A DNA stretch of 64,000 nt from Octopus bimaculoides (taxonomy: Eukaryota), in contig NC_069006.1 in assembly GCF_001194135.2 (NCBI RefSeq), forward strand, positions 16,322,831-16,386,830, written 5' to 3'. The notes beneath the pieces were generated by a model, which was given only the letters and a program-made list of their open reading frames with translations, was not told the DNA's origin and ran no database searches. The position numbers and the translations under genes were made by a program. This document shows positions 52,074 to 63,808 of this stretch, piece after piece (the stretch's first letter is position 1; each line of letters starts with the position of its first letter).

Positions 52074-52440
52074 ATTAAGTGCCGACTACATAAACAAACG
52101 ATTCTTCGTTTTATTTGCTTTTTTCATTTTAAATTTGCTTTAACCCTAACCCTAACCCTAGGGTTAGGGTTAGAGTTAGGGTTAGGATTAGGGTTAATTG
52201 TTTCAGAATCGTTTGTTTATGTAGTCGGCACTTAATGTATATCGGCTGAATGGACGTCAGTGATTGGTTGAAATTACAGAAATACGACAACTTTAACATG
52301 GAATAATTTATGGATTTCTTTTTTTTTTAAGAAGACTAAGAGAAAAAGATGTTTTATATGATACATTCTACCAGTGTTCCAAGTTTCAAAGTGTTTCGTT
52401 AATGAAAAATGTGGCCCCCATTTTAAAAAAGATCCAAATA
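52074..52440. repeat. Foldback element with central divergent telomeric hexamers
   Basis: Perfect 32-bp inverted repeat 52074-52105 / 52205-52236 around (taaccc)3 / (ttaggg-like)6; right boundary uncertain. Confidence 0.7.
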
Positions 52441-52779
52441 TTCTATTGTATGAAACTATATAGATATTGTAAAATATCTCTTGATATTAAACTATAGAAA
52501 GTGCAAAATATATCATATTAACTATAAAAATAGTAAAACTATCTAATATGAACCTATAAGTGTTATAAGATATTTTTAAAGTTAAAAAAAATGTATAAAC
52601 ATCATCAAATTCATAGTAGACATTTCCGGTCTCAATGACTAGAAGAATTCAACTTCCCACTCAACACAGTGCAGTCAATTTTTCAACAGCTTCATGTCAA
52701 TTATCCTGCATACATGAAAGGCTCCTGAAAGAAGCCTCCATCTGCTCGAAACAGTGGCAAAATCTCTTTATAATAATAT

Positions 52780-53008
52780 AACACTTTCGCTACCATATTT
52801 CTGTCAACATATGTTGCCTTTGTTTCAATTAATCTTTTAAATAATGAAGAATTTAGTAAAATAACTTTCTTGTTATTAAGCTGGGGGTCAGGAACAAATT
52901 AGCATAAAATGTTTATGGAAAATTATAATTTAGAACACTTTAAAACAGTAAGTCTATGTTATAAAACCTGGGAGCAGTCTCGGGTGGGTAGGTATCCAAA
53001 GGATTAAA
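52780..53008 (-). mobile_element. piggyBac-type MITE family 2
   Basis: aacactttcgctacc...ggtatccaaaggattaa. Confidence 0.6.
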
Positions 53009-53034
53009 ACTGGAATGGACATATTGGTTAATCT

Positions 53035-53240
53035 TTTCTACTCTCGGTACAAGGCCCAAAATTTTGGAGGAGAGGGCCAGTCAATTAGATTGACCCCAGT
53101 AAGCAATTGGTAATTAATTTATCGACCCCGAAAGGATGAAAGGCAAAGCTGACCTTGGCAGAATTTGAACTCAGAATGTAAAGACAGATAAAATATCGCT
53201 AAGCATTTCTCCCGGCATTTCTTTTGCCAGCTTGCCATCT
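53035..53240 (-). mobile_element. SINE family D
   Basis: atcgaccccgaaaggatgaaaggcaaag. Confidence 0.8.
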
Positions 53241-53422
53241 TGGTTAATAGACATACAGTCCGGTAGTTCTGACTAAGCTATAAAAAAGGTAACACAAATG
53301 GATTAGGGTGAAGTAAAATAAGAGCAAGCTACTAAAAGGATTAAATGTCTACAGGTCAATGTGGAGAGTAACACACTTCTAAAAGCTGCTCATGTTGCTA
53401 TTTGCAGTTCAAGATAACCCGT

Positions 53423-53640
53423 TAACATTTAAACCAGTCATATCCGGCCTAAAATGTTCTACCCATTTTTTACTCAAACTGACTAGATCAGGCCTCTCAC
53501 ACCTACCCAACGTCATTCAAATCATAAACAATTACATCATCGAAATCTTAAAGCTATGAGATAATGCACGACTAATTCAAAACAATGTGAATGAATAAAC
53601 ATTACAATTGACAGAGTAACCTGAATGCTAAAGGGTTAAA
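53423..53640 (+). mobile_element. piggyBac-type MITE 1
   Basis: Ends aatgctaaagggttaa. Confidence 0.8.
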
Positions 53641-54361
53641 TAGATGAGAAACTCCACCAGTAACACAATCACTACTCAGTATCAGAAGATAGTCTCCTGC
53701 AGATGAGTTAACAAAAAGTGCTTGTAGCACCAACGCCCTCTTCTTAGCTTAGGTAAATTGAATGTTATCACTTGACTTGTTAAGAACAAAATAATGTCAA
53801 CTTGACATTGCAGGTTCAAACCTGCACAATAGTAACTAGAGGAAGATTACATCTAGTGATACAAGTGCAAATAATTTTCCTACAAAGAGAAAAATAATAT
53901 AAGTTCATTCATTCATTCAACATGCTTATTTTTTTTTGGATTTTTAAACCTACCTATGTTTAAGATCACCTGATAACAGCGAATTGTTTGCATGATGTAA
54001 TCATAGTAATCAAACTATTCATTAAGTAAAAAAAACTACTACTGAAACAGCTGTTGTGAATTTTTAAATTCCATTGCAACCATTCCTACACTGGGTCTAT
54101 AACTTGCATTGGATCAGGAACTTACATGTACATCTATATATATATATAGACCAAAGTGTACGCACGCCGCTATATTTTTATATATAAAAAAATACAAAAA
54201 TGGGACAAGAACGCAAAACATCCAGACAGTTAGGTGATACAAAAAAGGGACAACAAAACATCCAGACAGACGATGCAAAGAAAACAAGGGCGGGTCATTC
54301 GGAGTTTTCTTTCCTCAGTCGAGTTCCAGATTATCTTTGCAATTTCGGCTGGTTATACTCG

Positions 54362-54590
54362 AGTCTGTCTGTCTGTCTGTGTGCATCACTAAAACTCGAG
54401 AACTACCCAACCGATTTCATTCAAATTTTATACGTCTTACTTAGGGCCCATGCAGTGTCATGGGCCAAAAAATTTTCAACTTCTTGCCTAATGCAAGCCC
54501 AGAGCAATATCTTAGACTGTTTTGGTATTAAGTATCAAAAGTGAAACAATAACATCTCTACTGTAATGTGATATAACAGTTTCACTTTTA
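54362..54590 (+). mobile_element. DINE-1/HINE-like non-autonomous Helitron/Helentron derivative
   Basis: (ctgt)n then ctcgagaactacccaaccgatttcattcaaatttt; ggccca-tg...ca-tgggcc stem. Confidence 0.5.
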
Positions 54591-55039
54591 TATGGTTTTA
54601 CTTTCAATAGTTTCATCTTTATTAGTTTCACTATGTATATATACATGTCTGTGTGTGTATGCGTGTATATATGTGTGTGTGTGTGTGTGTGTGTACATAT
54701 GTGTATATATACATGTATATATGTGTATATATATATATATGTATGTATATGAATATGTGTTTATTTGGCAAAACAAGCCAAAAGATGACCATCCCAAAAC
54801 ATAAAGAATATATGTATATATATTCAAAGCTGAAACAATTCCAGTTATAAAAGTTAATAATACATGTCAATGGTTAGTATTTCAATGTGTCTTCTTCGTG
54901 AAATTTACAGAGAAAATGTATTAACAGTTGATATTTCTGCTCTGTAATGTGTGTGTATGAAAGGTTGTGTTGTGTTGCGTTGCTAAAGAATCCAACTAAA
55001 TGCATACAATTCAGATGTTATTAGCTCCCAATATTTCTT

Positions 55040-55400
55040 TCTGTAGCTTCAATGGAAAGTTGGATATCTTGAGTGTGTCGTTTCTGTAGGTGTTTTTTGA
55101 CGGAAGAAACATTAGCACAGAGTTGTTGTACCATCAGACACATATATGAACGTGTCTGATGGTACATCTGATGTAAAGTCCAATGAATACACTGTCCTAA
55201 ATGGTCTGGCAACTTAAGAGCCATAGTATTGATTATTCACTTTCCTGGTCTCTACCTAGACAAGCTACGCCTTATAAAGTTGGTAGAGGTGGATGCAAAT
55301 TATGTTGCATTGAGGCACTTAGAATAATGAAATGTAATCATTCACCCATGGTAGTGGATGAATATGTTCCTAAAGCCAACTTTTAATTACTTGTGAGCAT
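55040..55400 (+). pseudogene. GIY-YIG endonuclease remnant (Penelope-like)
   Basis: NTLS*MVWQLKSHSIDYSLSWSLPRQATPYKVGRGGCKLCCIEALRI resembles the PLE motif TLSxYVWxLK..YxIxWS..AxPY..CxLCxxE. Confidence 0.6.
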
Positions 55401-56519
55401 TTCTAGGCTTCATCACTAATTCCATTCTCAACCAAATGGAATGTGTTTTTTTTTTTTTTTTAGCAATGATGGTCCAGCGCTAAGCTACATTCTGAGATAA
55501 AATAAGTGAAATTTGGTTCATTAAAAAGAAAAGTTAGGTCAAAATATGTGGAAGTAATGTGAAAAATTGATTTTGACTCAGAATATCTTATTTTAAAAGA
55601 AAAACTAGATTAATTGGATTTTAAAGAATGTGCTCATTGAGAAGATTCTAACAGTATCTAACATCATGGGTCATTTANNNNNNNNNNNNNNNNNNNNNNN
55701 NNNNNNNNNNNNNNNNNNNNNNNNNNNNNNNNNNNNNNNNNNNNNNNNNNNNNNNNNNNNNNNNNNNNNNNNNNNNNNNNNNNNNNNNNNNNNNNNNNNN
55801 NNNNNNNNNNNNNNNNNNNNNNNNNNNNNNNNNNNNNNNNNNNNNNNNNNNNNNNNNNNNNNNNNNNNNNNNNNNNNNNNNNNNNNNNNNNNNNNNNNNN
55901 NNNNNNNNNNNNNNNNNNNNNNNNNNNNNNNNNNNNNNNNNNNNNNNNNNNNNNNNNNNNNNNNNNNNNNNNNNNNNNNNNNNNNNNNNNNNNNNNNNNN
56001 NNNNNNNNNNNNNNNNNNNNNNNNNNNNNNNNNNNNNNNNNNNNNNNNNNNNNNNNNNNNNNNNNNNNNNNNNNNNNNNNNNNNNNNNNNNNNNNNNNNN
56101 NNNNNNNNNNNNNNNNNNNNNNNNNNNNNNNNNNNNNNNNNNNNNNNNNNNNNNNNNNNNNNNNNNNNNNNNNNNNNNNNNNNNNNNNNNNNNNNNNNNN
56201 NNNNNNNNNNNNNNNNNNNNNNNNNNNNNNNNNNNNNNNNNNNNNNNNNNNNNNNNNNNNNNNNNNNNNNNNNNNNNNNNNNNNNNNNNNNNNNNNNNNN
56301 NNNNNNNNNNNNNNNNNNNNNNNNNNNNNNNNNNNNNNNNNNNNNNNNNNNNNNNNNNNNNNNNNNNNNNNNNNNNNNNNNNNNNNNNNNNNNNNNNNNN
56401 NNNNNNNNNNNNNNNNNNNNNNNNNNNNNNNNNNNNNNNNNNNNNNNNNNNNNNNNNNNNNNNNNNNNNNNNNNNNNNNNNNNNNNNNNNNNNNNNNNNN
56501 NNNNNNNNNNNNNNNNNNN

Positions 56520-56621
56520 TATCGGTCTCTTTTGCCGAACCGCTAAGTGACGGGGACGTAAACACACCAGCATCGGTTGTCAAGCAATGCTAGGGGGACA
56601 AACACAGACACACAAACATAT

Positions 56622-56654
<33 letters not shown>

Positions 56655-56827
56655 CATCTATACGACGGGCTTCTTTCAGTTTCCGTCTACCAAATCCACT
56701 CACAAGGCTTTGGTCGGCCCGAGGCTATAGTAGAAGACACTTGCCCAAGGTGCCACGCAGTGGGACTGAACCTGGAACCATGTGGTTGGTAAGCAAGCTA
56801 TTTACCACACAGCCACTCCTGCGCCTA
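56520..56827 (-). mobile_element. SINE family C, young, 3' end in a gap
   Basis: Near-identical to 47212-47680. Confidence 0.85.
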
Positions 56828-56989
56828 CATTGTTAATTTTATTTTCATAACAAAACTCATTATCCAAAAGTTTTAAATCACAGATATTGTGTTATAAACT
56901 CAGGTAGAATATACGTAACTCAAAACAGTAAAAAAAAAAAAAAAATAAAAACACGTTTTTTAAAGAAACAAAAGAATTAACTTCTTTAA

Positions 56990-57215
56990 CTTCTTTAGCA
57001 TTTAAACCAGCAATATATCCGGCCCAAATATACAACCAGCTTTACATTCAAACCAGCCATATCCAGCCTCTCACACCTATCCTACAATGTCATTCGAAAA
57101 AATAACAATGACATCATCAAAATTTTGAAGCTTCAAGAAAATGCATGATTAATTCAAACTACCATGAATAAATAAGTATAACATTTGACAAAATAATATG
57201 AATGCTAAAGGGGTT
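56990..57215 (+). mobile_element. piggyBac-type MITE 1
   Basis: ttaacttctttagcattt...aatgctaaaggggtta. Confidence 0.75.
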
Positions 57216-57855
57216 AGCATGTGCATTATAAAATAACACAGTATTTTCTATTTAAAGTCAGAATATTTATAAAAATGAAAGCTAATGAACAAATTGAATG
57301 CAAAATTTAGAAATAATTCTTGCTTTTCTTTTTAAAAAAAAAGGGAGGGGGTTATAATATATTGTCAATTTTTACTTAAATTGCTATACATAAATTAGTA
57401 ATATCGAACTTTTAATATGTGAACCTGCAGGTGATTAGTCTTTTCGCTAAAATTAATAATAAATAGCTTCTTTTATCTTTTTACTTGTTTCAGTCATTAG
57501 ACTGCGGCCATGCTGGGGCACCATATTGAAGAATTTTTAGTCAAATGAATCAACCCCAATACTTATTAATTTTTTTTTTAAGCCTGGTACTTATTCTATT
57601 GATCCGTTTTGCTGAACAGCTAAATTATGGGGGCGAAAAACATACTAACAAAGGCTGCAAGTAGTGGTGGGAGACAAACACAGATAAACATACATATATA
57701 TACATATACATATATATATGTGTATACAACATGCATATATGTATGCCCTGTAAAAGAACTTGAAAGGTTGGGCTTCCAATCGGGCCACTAGCAATACCCT
57801 TAAAGCCAGGAACTTTTTAACAACCCCTTATATGTGTGTGAGCGTGTGTGTTTTA

Positions 57856-58465
57856 GGGGATACTGAAAAGTTCCTGGCTTTGGGTAAAAGAAACTGGTTG
57901 GCACTCCGTCGCTTACGACGTCGAGGGTTCCAGTTGATCCGATCAACGGAACAGCCTGCTCGTGAAATTAACGTGCAAGTGACTGAGCACTCCACAGACA
58001 CGTGTACCCTTAACGTAGTTCTCGGGGATATTCAGCGTGACACATACTGTGACAAGGCTGACCCCTTTGAATTACAGGCACAACAGAAACAGGAAGAAAG
58101 AGTGAGAGAAAGTTGTGGTGAAAGAGTACAGCAGGGTTCGCCACTATCCCCTGCCGGAGCCTCGTGGAGCTTTAGGTGTTTTCGCTCAATAAACACTCAC
58201 AATGCCCGGTCTGGGAATCGAAACCGCGATCCTATGACCGCGAGTCCGCTGCACTAACCACTGGGCCATTGCGCCTCCACTGGGTAAAAGAAAATACAGG
58301 AGAATAAGTTAATTATGATTTTATTGAACATATTCCCCTCTCAGATTTACAACTTATGGCAGTGGTTCTTCAGTTTTTCTAAGCCCTGTAAAACAACTCA
58401 TAAGGTTGGGCTTCCAACCAGGCCTTTTGCAATACCCTTAAAGCCAGGAACTTTTAGCAGCCCCC
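57856..58465. mobile_element. Mariner-derived MITE split by a SINE A insertion
   Basis: TIRs gggatactgaaaagttcctggcttt / aaagccaggaacttttagcagcccc. Confidence 0.85.
57894..58280 (-). mobile_element. SINE family A, tail X, nested in a MITE
   Basis: Perfect 13-bp TSD tgggtaaaagaaa (57881-57893 / 58281-58293). Confidence 0.9.
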
Positions 58466-59077
58466 ACCACCCCCATATACACTCACAAGCAGGCATGTGT
58501 AAGAATCATGTTGCCTCTAGATATTACACACATCTATACATGCATGCCTTATCTGTCTAAAACTTTTGTGCGTGTGTGTACATCCATTAGCTTTCGTAAA
58601 ATACAATAATAAATTATCCAAACACATTATATAAGTCAATATGGAACACTGCAAACATTTGGAGATACTACATCCATTGTCGTGTGATATCCCTGGTGTA
58701 TCCATGCGATGAAGGTGTCATATATTACAGGTCCAATGTCAATGCTCCAGGCAGAGCAAACTTGGGAATAGTTGAAATGTAAACAGGTTGGTGCATTATG
58801 AGATCATTTGCCTGATATAATAATGCTTGATGTGGGCAGTGATAGTAACAGATATTCCAGTGTATTGCCTTTGATATAAGTATACCTAGGAGATATATAT
58901 ATATATATGTAATCATCACCATCATTTAATGTCTGTTTTCCATGCTGGCATGGGTTGAATGGTTTTGAGAAGAGCTATGCTTGTATGTATGGATGACTGC
59001 AATTTTACTTAGCTTGATGCATCTTCTCAAGTACAGCGAATTACAACTCCCACTCTCTTGTCATTTCCTCAATGAGA

Positions 59078-59108
<31 letters not shown>

Positions 59109-59371
59109 GTAAATATATGGCAGAAGGGGGTTATCACAGAGATATAGTCACAATAGGTGTCTGGATATAATTATCAATTAGTGTAATAATTAAACGAGAA
59201 TATACTAGTTAATGTCACCATGTCAAGCTAGTAGCAGACTAACATAATTCATTGTAGTTCCAGATATTGCCAATCTTGTAGAAGAGGAATGTCCAACTCT
59301 TTCTCTGTGTACTGTAAGATCCCACCAACTCACTTCCTATATTTAGTAAGTGGCTATTGCTAGCTAGTGAA

Positions 59372-59650
59372 GGAGCATGGCTCAGTGGTTAAAGTGTCAG
59401 GCTCACAATCATGAGGTAGTGAGTTCAATTCTCGGACAATGTTGTGCGTTCTGTTCTTGAGCAAGACACTTTATTTCATGTTGCTCCAGTTCACTCAGCT
59501 GTAGAAATAAGTTGCAATGTCACTGGTGCCAAGCTGTATCAGCCCTTGCCTTTCCCTTGGATAACATTGGTGGCATAGAGAGAGGAAGCCAGTATGCATG
59601 GACGACTGCTCTCAAAGCAACCTTGCCCAGATTTGTGCCTTGAAGGAGAA
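59372..59650 (+). mobile_element. SINE family B with tail Z
   Basis: Homologous to 41860-42200. Confidence 0.75.
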
Positions 59651-60267
59651 AGTACCTAGTCAGTATCTGGAAGATTTTGAGGATGTGAGTTTTGATAATA
59701 TGGGAGAAGAGGGAGCCATAATCATTACCTAATTTTTGCTAAGCTTTTTCCTACCTTCTCAGAAGGGTTGTCTAGTGTCCTCAGTTTCCTTCTAGTGTGG
59801 TTGGGTATGGGACTCCAACCCAATATGTTTTATCTGGTAATTGCATCCTCTGCTCTTGGCTTGCCTATCACCCTGGGAGTTGCTGTGAAACTTGGGGGTG
59901 GGGTCTGCAAGGTTCAGCTTATCGCCAGGGGGAGGTTAGGGTTAGGGTCAGTCCTACTGATCTCATCTTTCAAGTGTTCCAGTCCCCCTTCCTTACCATT
60001 ATATATGGTAGTGTCTGGAAGGGTCCCACTACACTTCCTGTTTTGTCACTGCTTCTACATTCCTTGAGAGCTCACTTAAGTTTAGTGTCTGTAATAAACT
60101 TAACCCTTTCACTATAACTGCTTCGACTGAGAGCCTCATCATAAGATATCAAGATTAAATACCCTCATTGCTATATTTCTAAGGCCTACATGGACACAAG
60201 TTAATGTTGCCAACAACAACGACCAACGCGTAAGTTCTGTAACCTGAGTGGAGCCAGATGATACTAT

Positions 60268-60562
60268 CATCATCATCATCATCATTTAACGTCTGCTTTC
60301 CATGCTAGCATGGGTTAGATGATTTGATTGAGGACTGGTGAAACCAGATGGCTACACCAGGCTCCAATCTGATTTGGCAGAGTTTCTACAGCTGTATACC
60401 CTTCCTAACACCAACCACTCCGAGAGTGTAGTGGGTGCTTTTATGTGTCACCAGCACGAAGGCCAGTCAGGCGGTACTGGCAACGGCCACGCTCAAAATG
60501 GTGTATTTTATGTTCCACCTGCACAGGAGCCAGTCCAGCGGCACTGGCAACGATCTCGCTCC
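60268..60562 (-). mobile_element. RTE 3' UTR fragment
   Basis: (cat)n tail plus conserved UTR. Confidence 0.8.
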
Positions 60563-61079
60563 CATATCAAATTCATCTAACCTTGATCTTCTACACCAGT
60601 GTTCCCTCTGGAAAGAGATAGGTGTTTACAAATGCACTGGCTGAAGGCTGAGTCTGCCACATGAGAATAGCCCAACTCAAATACTATAATAATGTCAAGA
60701 AGGACAAATTTAGTATCTTGCTTCCACAGAGCAACTACTGTTGCTCTTTTTGTTATAGTTGTTATGATTACTACTACATCAACCCAAGGCCATACTATTT
60801 ATCCTATAAATCCTCTTTTCTCTCAACAAATACAGACGTGTATGGGTACATGTTTTATGTTCAGTTTTCTCTCAGTTCATCTGTGCTCTCTCTTTATCCA
60901 TCATGCATTGTAGGAAAACTGAGGGGAGAGCATTTTGTTGCCAGCAAAGGTTTTACACACACACACACACACACACACATTCAAACATACATATAAGTTT
61001 TATTTTCGAGGAAGTGGGGCAAGCAGGAACCTCATGAATTTCCTCTTCTTTCTTCTAACAACTCTCTCACTGTGTGTGT

Positions 61080-61105
61080 GTGTGAGAGAGAGAGAGTGAG
61101 AGAGA

Positions 61106-61165
<60 letters not shown>
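61080..61165. repeat. (GA)n microsatellite
   Basis: Direct reading; many other (CA)n, (TA)n, (GATA)n and (CT)n tracts not listed individually. Confidence 0.95.
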
Positions 61166-61166
<1 letters not shown>

Positions 61167-61787
61167 GCTTCTTGTCTGCAGTATGGTTAGGGAAAACAAT
61201 TATTATTAATCACTATATGCACAAAGCAATTAGTTTATTGTCAAGGACCAGACATTTGGCATTTTTCAAAATAGAATGGGAAGTTAGCTGGCACTGGTAA
61301 TGCTTGAAGCAGCAACAACAAGATTGAGAACAACAATGATGACGACAATGACAACAACGATGATGGTGATGATGATGATAATGCTTTCTTATTAACCACA
61401 AAAGGTTCACAAAAATATTGGGGTTGATACAGGACAATACAGTGTAGGATATCATAAAAGCATATAAAAGTAAAATGACAGAAACAAAAACATGCAAATA
61501 AGAATTACCCTTAAAAAGGGAAAACTCTGAAGTCTATTCATAGAAACCCCACAAACCCACCAAGCTTGCTTCGTGAGAAGGACAATGTATGGACAATCTG
61601 CAGAAAGAGAAAGTAGACCTGTCAAAAGGGTGGATAAACTCATTATGTATCAATGACCATCCAACAGAGTGTATGTGAGGGTAGGTATGGACTCTGAACT
61701 TTGGTTGGCAACAAACCTGGTGATGGTGTCACAATAAAAATACTGGTAGTTGCACAACTTTTTAAATGCTACCTCAAAAGAGTGAAA

Positions 61788-62395
61788 ATGTCTGGCTGTG
61801 TGGTTAGTAGCTTGCTTACCAACCACATGGTTCCGGGTTCATTGCCACTGCGTGGCACCTTGGGCAAGTGTCTTCTACTATAGCCTCAGGCCGACCAAAG
61901 CCTTGTGAGTGGATTTGGTAGACAGAAACTGAAAGAAGCCCGTCGTATATATGTATATATATATATGTATGTGTGTTATTTCTTTACTACCCACAAGGGG
62001 CTACACACAGAGGGGACAAACAAGGACAGACAAACGGATTAAGTCGATTATATCGACCCCAGTGCTTAACTGGTACTTAATNNNNNNNNNNAGCAGCAGA
62101 CGAAATACCGCTAAGCATTTCGCCCGGCGTGCTAACGTTTCTGCCAGCTCGCCGCCTTAATATATATGTATGTGTGTGTATATGTTTGTGTCTGTGTTTG
62201 TCCCCCCACCGTCGCTTGACAACCGATGCTGGTGTGTTTATGTCCCCGTAACTTAACGGTTCGGCAAAAGAGATCGATAGAATAAGTACTAGGCTTCCAA
62301 AGAATAAGTCCTGGGGTCGATTTGCTCGACTAAAGGTGGTGCTCCAGCATGGCCACAGTCAAATGACTGAAACAAGTAAAAGAGTAAAGAGAGAG
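61788..62395 (+). mobile_element. SINE family C with a nested SINE D (61977-62156, -)
   Basis: 18-bp TSD atatatatgtatgtgtgt around the inner element. Confidence 0.85.
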
Positions 62396-62399
62396 TATC

Positions 62400-63590
62400 C
62401 AAGTAATCATAATAACTGTCTTAACGGAACCAGAATTGTTAATGATGAAGGTGGTGCTCCAGCATGGCCGCAGTTAATGATGAAGGTGTCACGCACAGCC
62501 TTTGCCTGCTCCAGCAGGTCATCACCAAGCCACTGATCAGGATCGAGATCAAAGCTGAAAGAGCAGAGGAAGAAAAACGAAATGGGGGGAAAAAGAAGTA
62601 AAACAAGATTGTGATTGAATGTTGACTGAGAAGTGAACTGAATAAAAGAGGGTTTCATGAAACAAATGAAGAGAATACAGAATGAAAAAGGGAGTCTTTG
62701 AAGTCTCTGCCCCAATGATGGATAGACTAGGCAAAGGCAATTTGAATAAATGATTAGATTAGAAAATTAGAGAGTGAAGAAATTCAGAGAAGAATAGAAA
62801 ATGAGCAGAAGAAATGTGAAACAACAGAAGTTGAAAGTGATAATGAAGGGGTAACAAATCTTTTATCTTTTACTTGTTTCAGTCATTTAACTGCGGCCAT
62901 GCTGGAGCACCACCTAGAAGGACTTCAGTCACATAAATGAAACCCAACACTTTTTTTAAGCTTAGTAGTTATTCTATCAGTTTCTTTTGCTGAACTGCTA
63001 AGTTACAGGGATGTAAACATAAATATACCAGTTGTCAAGCAGTGATGGTGGGTGGGGGGGACACAGATACAAAGGCACACACAGATATACGCATATATAT
63101 ATAATATATACAAAGGGCTTCTTCCAGTTTCCATCTACCAAATCCACACACAAGGCTTTGGTCAGCCCAAGACTATAGCAGAAGACTATGTGGTTGGGAA
63201 GCAGTGAAGAAAATGAAACAGAAGGAAATCACTATGCGCCTGAGAATGCTGATGAAGTAAATCGTGAAGATAATTTAGCTGGACAAGTGAACAATAAATG
63301 TTTAACAAGATTTGATCAATGAGGAGGAGATTCTTGAGAAGTCGAGGTAAAATGTTTAGTGTGAACAATGAAATGCCACCCACTGTAAGGTCTATGAGCA
63401 GAAGAAATGTGAGAAGAGCCAAAGGAAAAGTTGTTCAAAACAAACCAGCTAATCATAGCCATTGCTAATGTTGTAGCTGACATAATAACATACAAGGTGA
63501 TGAAGAAATGAAGGGGAAGGAAAACAAAAGAACCAAATTGGAAGAAGTGAATACAAATGAAGTTGGAAAAGAGGCAGAATTCTGCTTTAA
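62400..63590 (+). pseudogene. Decayed purine-rich coding-like segment, possibly LINE ORF1, split by a SINE C (62860-63205, -)
   Basis: Frameshifted FAC..GHHQAT knuckle-like motif followed by E/K/N-rich codons with stops. Confidence 0.3.
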
Positions 63591-63808
63591 CCCTTTTGCA
63601 TTCAGATTTTTTTATCAAACAATATTTATTCACTTTGTTTTGAATAAATTAAACATTATCTTGTAGCTTTGAGGTTTTGATGATGTGAACATTTATTTTT
63701 TAGAGTGACATAATAGAGCAGATGTGAGCGGCCAGATCTGGCTAGTTTGAACATAAAACAAGTAGAATAGTCTGGCCGGATATGGCCGGTTTGAATGCTA
63801 AAGGTTTA
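63588..63808 (-). mobile_element. piggyBac-type MITE 1
   Basis: ttaacccttttgcattc...aatgctaaaggtttaa. Confidence 0.8.

Noticed and set aside
52141-52196. Relic of a telomere-telomere chromosome fusion
   Set aside because: A fusion gives (TTAGGG)n(CCCTAA)n; the order here is reversed and the arrays are only 3 and about 6 units.
14836-56583. Long ORFs of 130-324 aa in the track containing X runs
   Set aside because: They are open only because N-gaps contain no stop codons.
3346-58280. All five A+X SINEs lie on the minus strand
   Set aside because: Five of five is not significant (two-sided p about 0.06), and other families show no strand bias.
59760-60120. GC-richer segment with ggttagggttaggg and two ~100-aa ORFs
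   Set aside because: Only two telomeric units; probably a decayed retroelement fragment, with no motif I can name.
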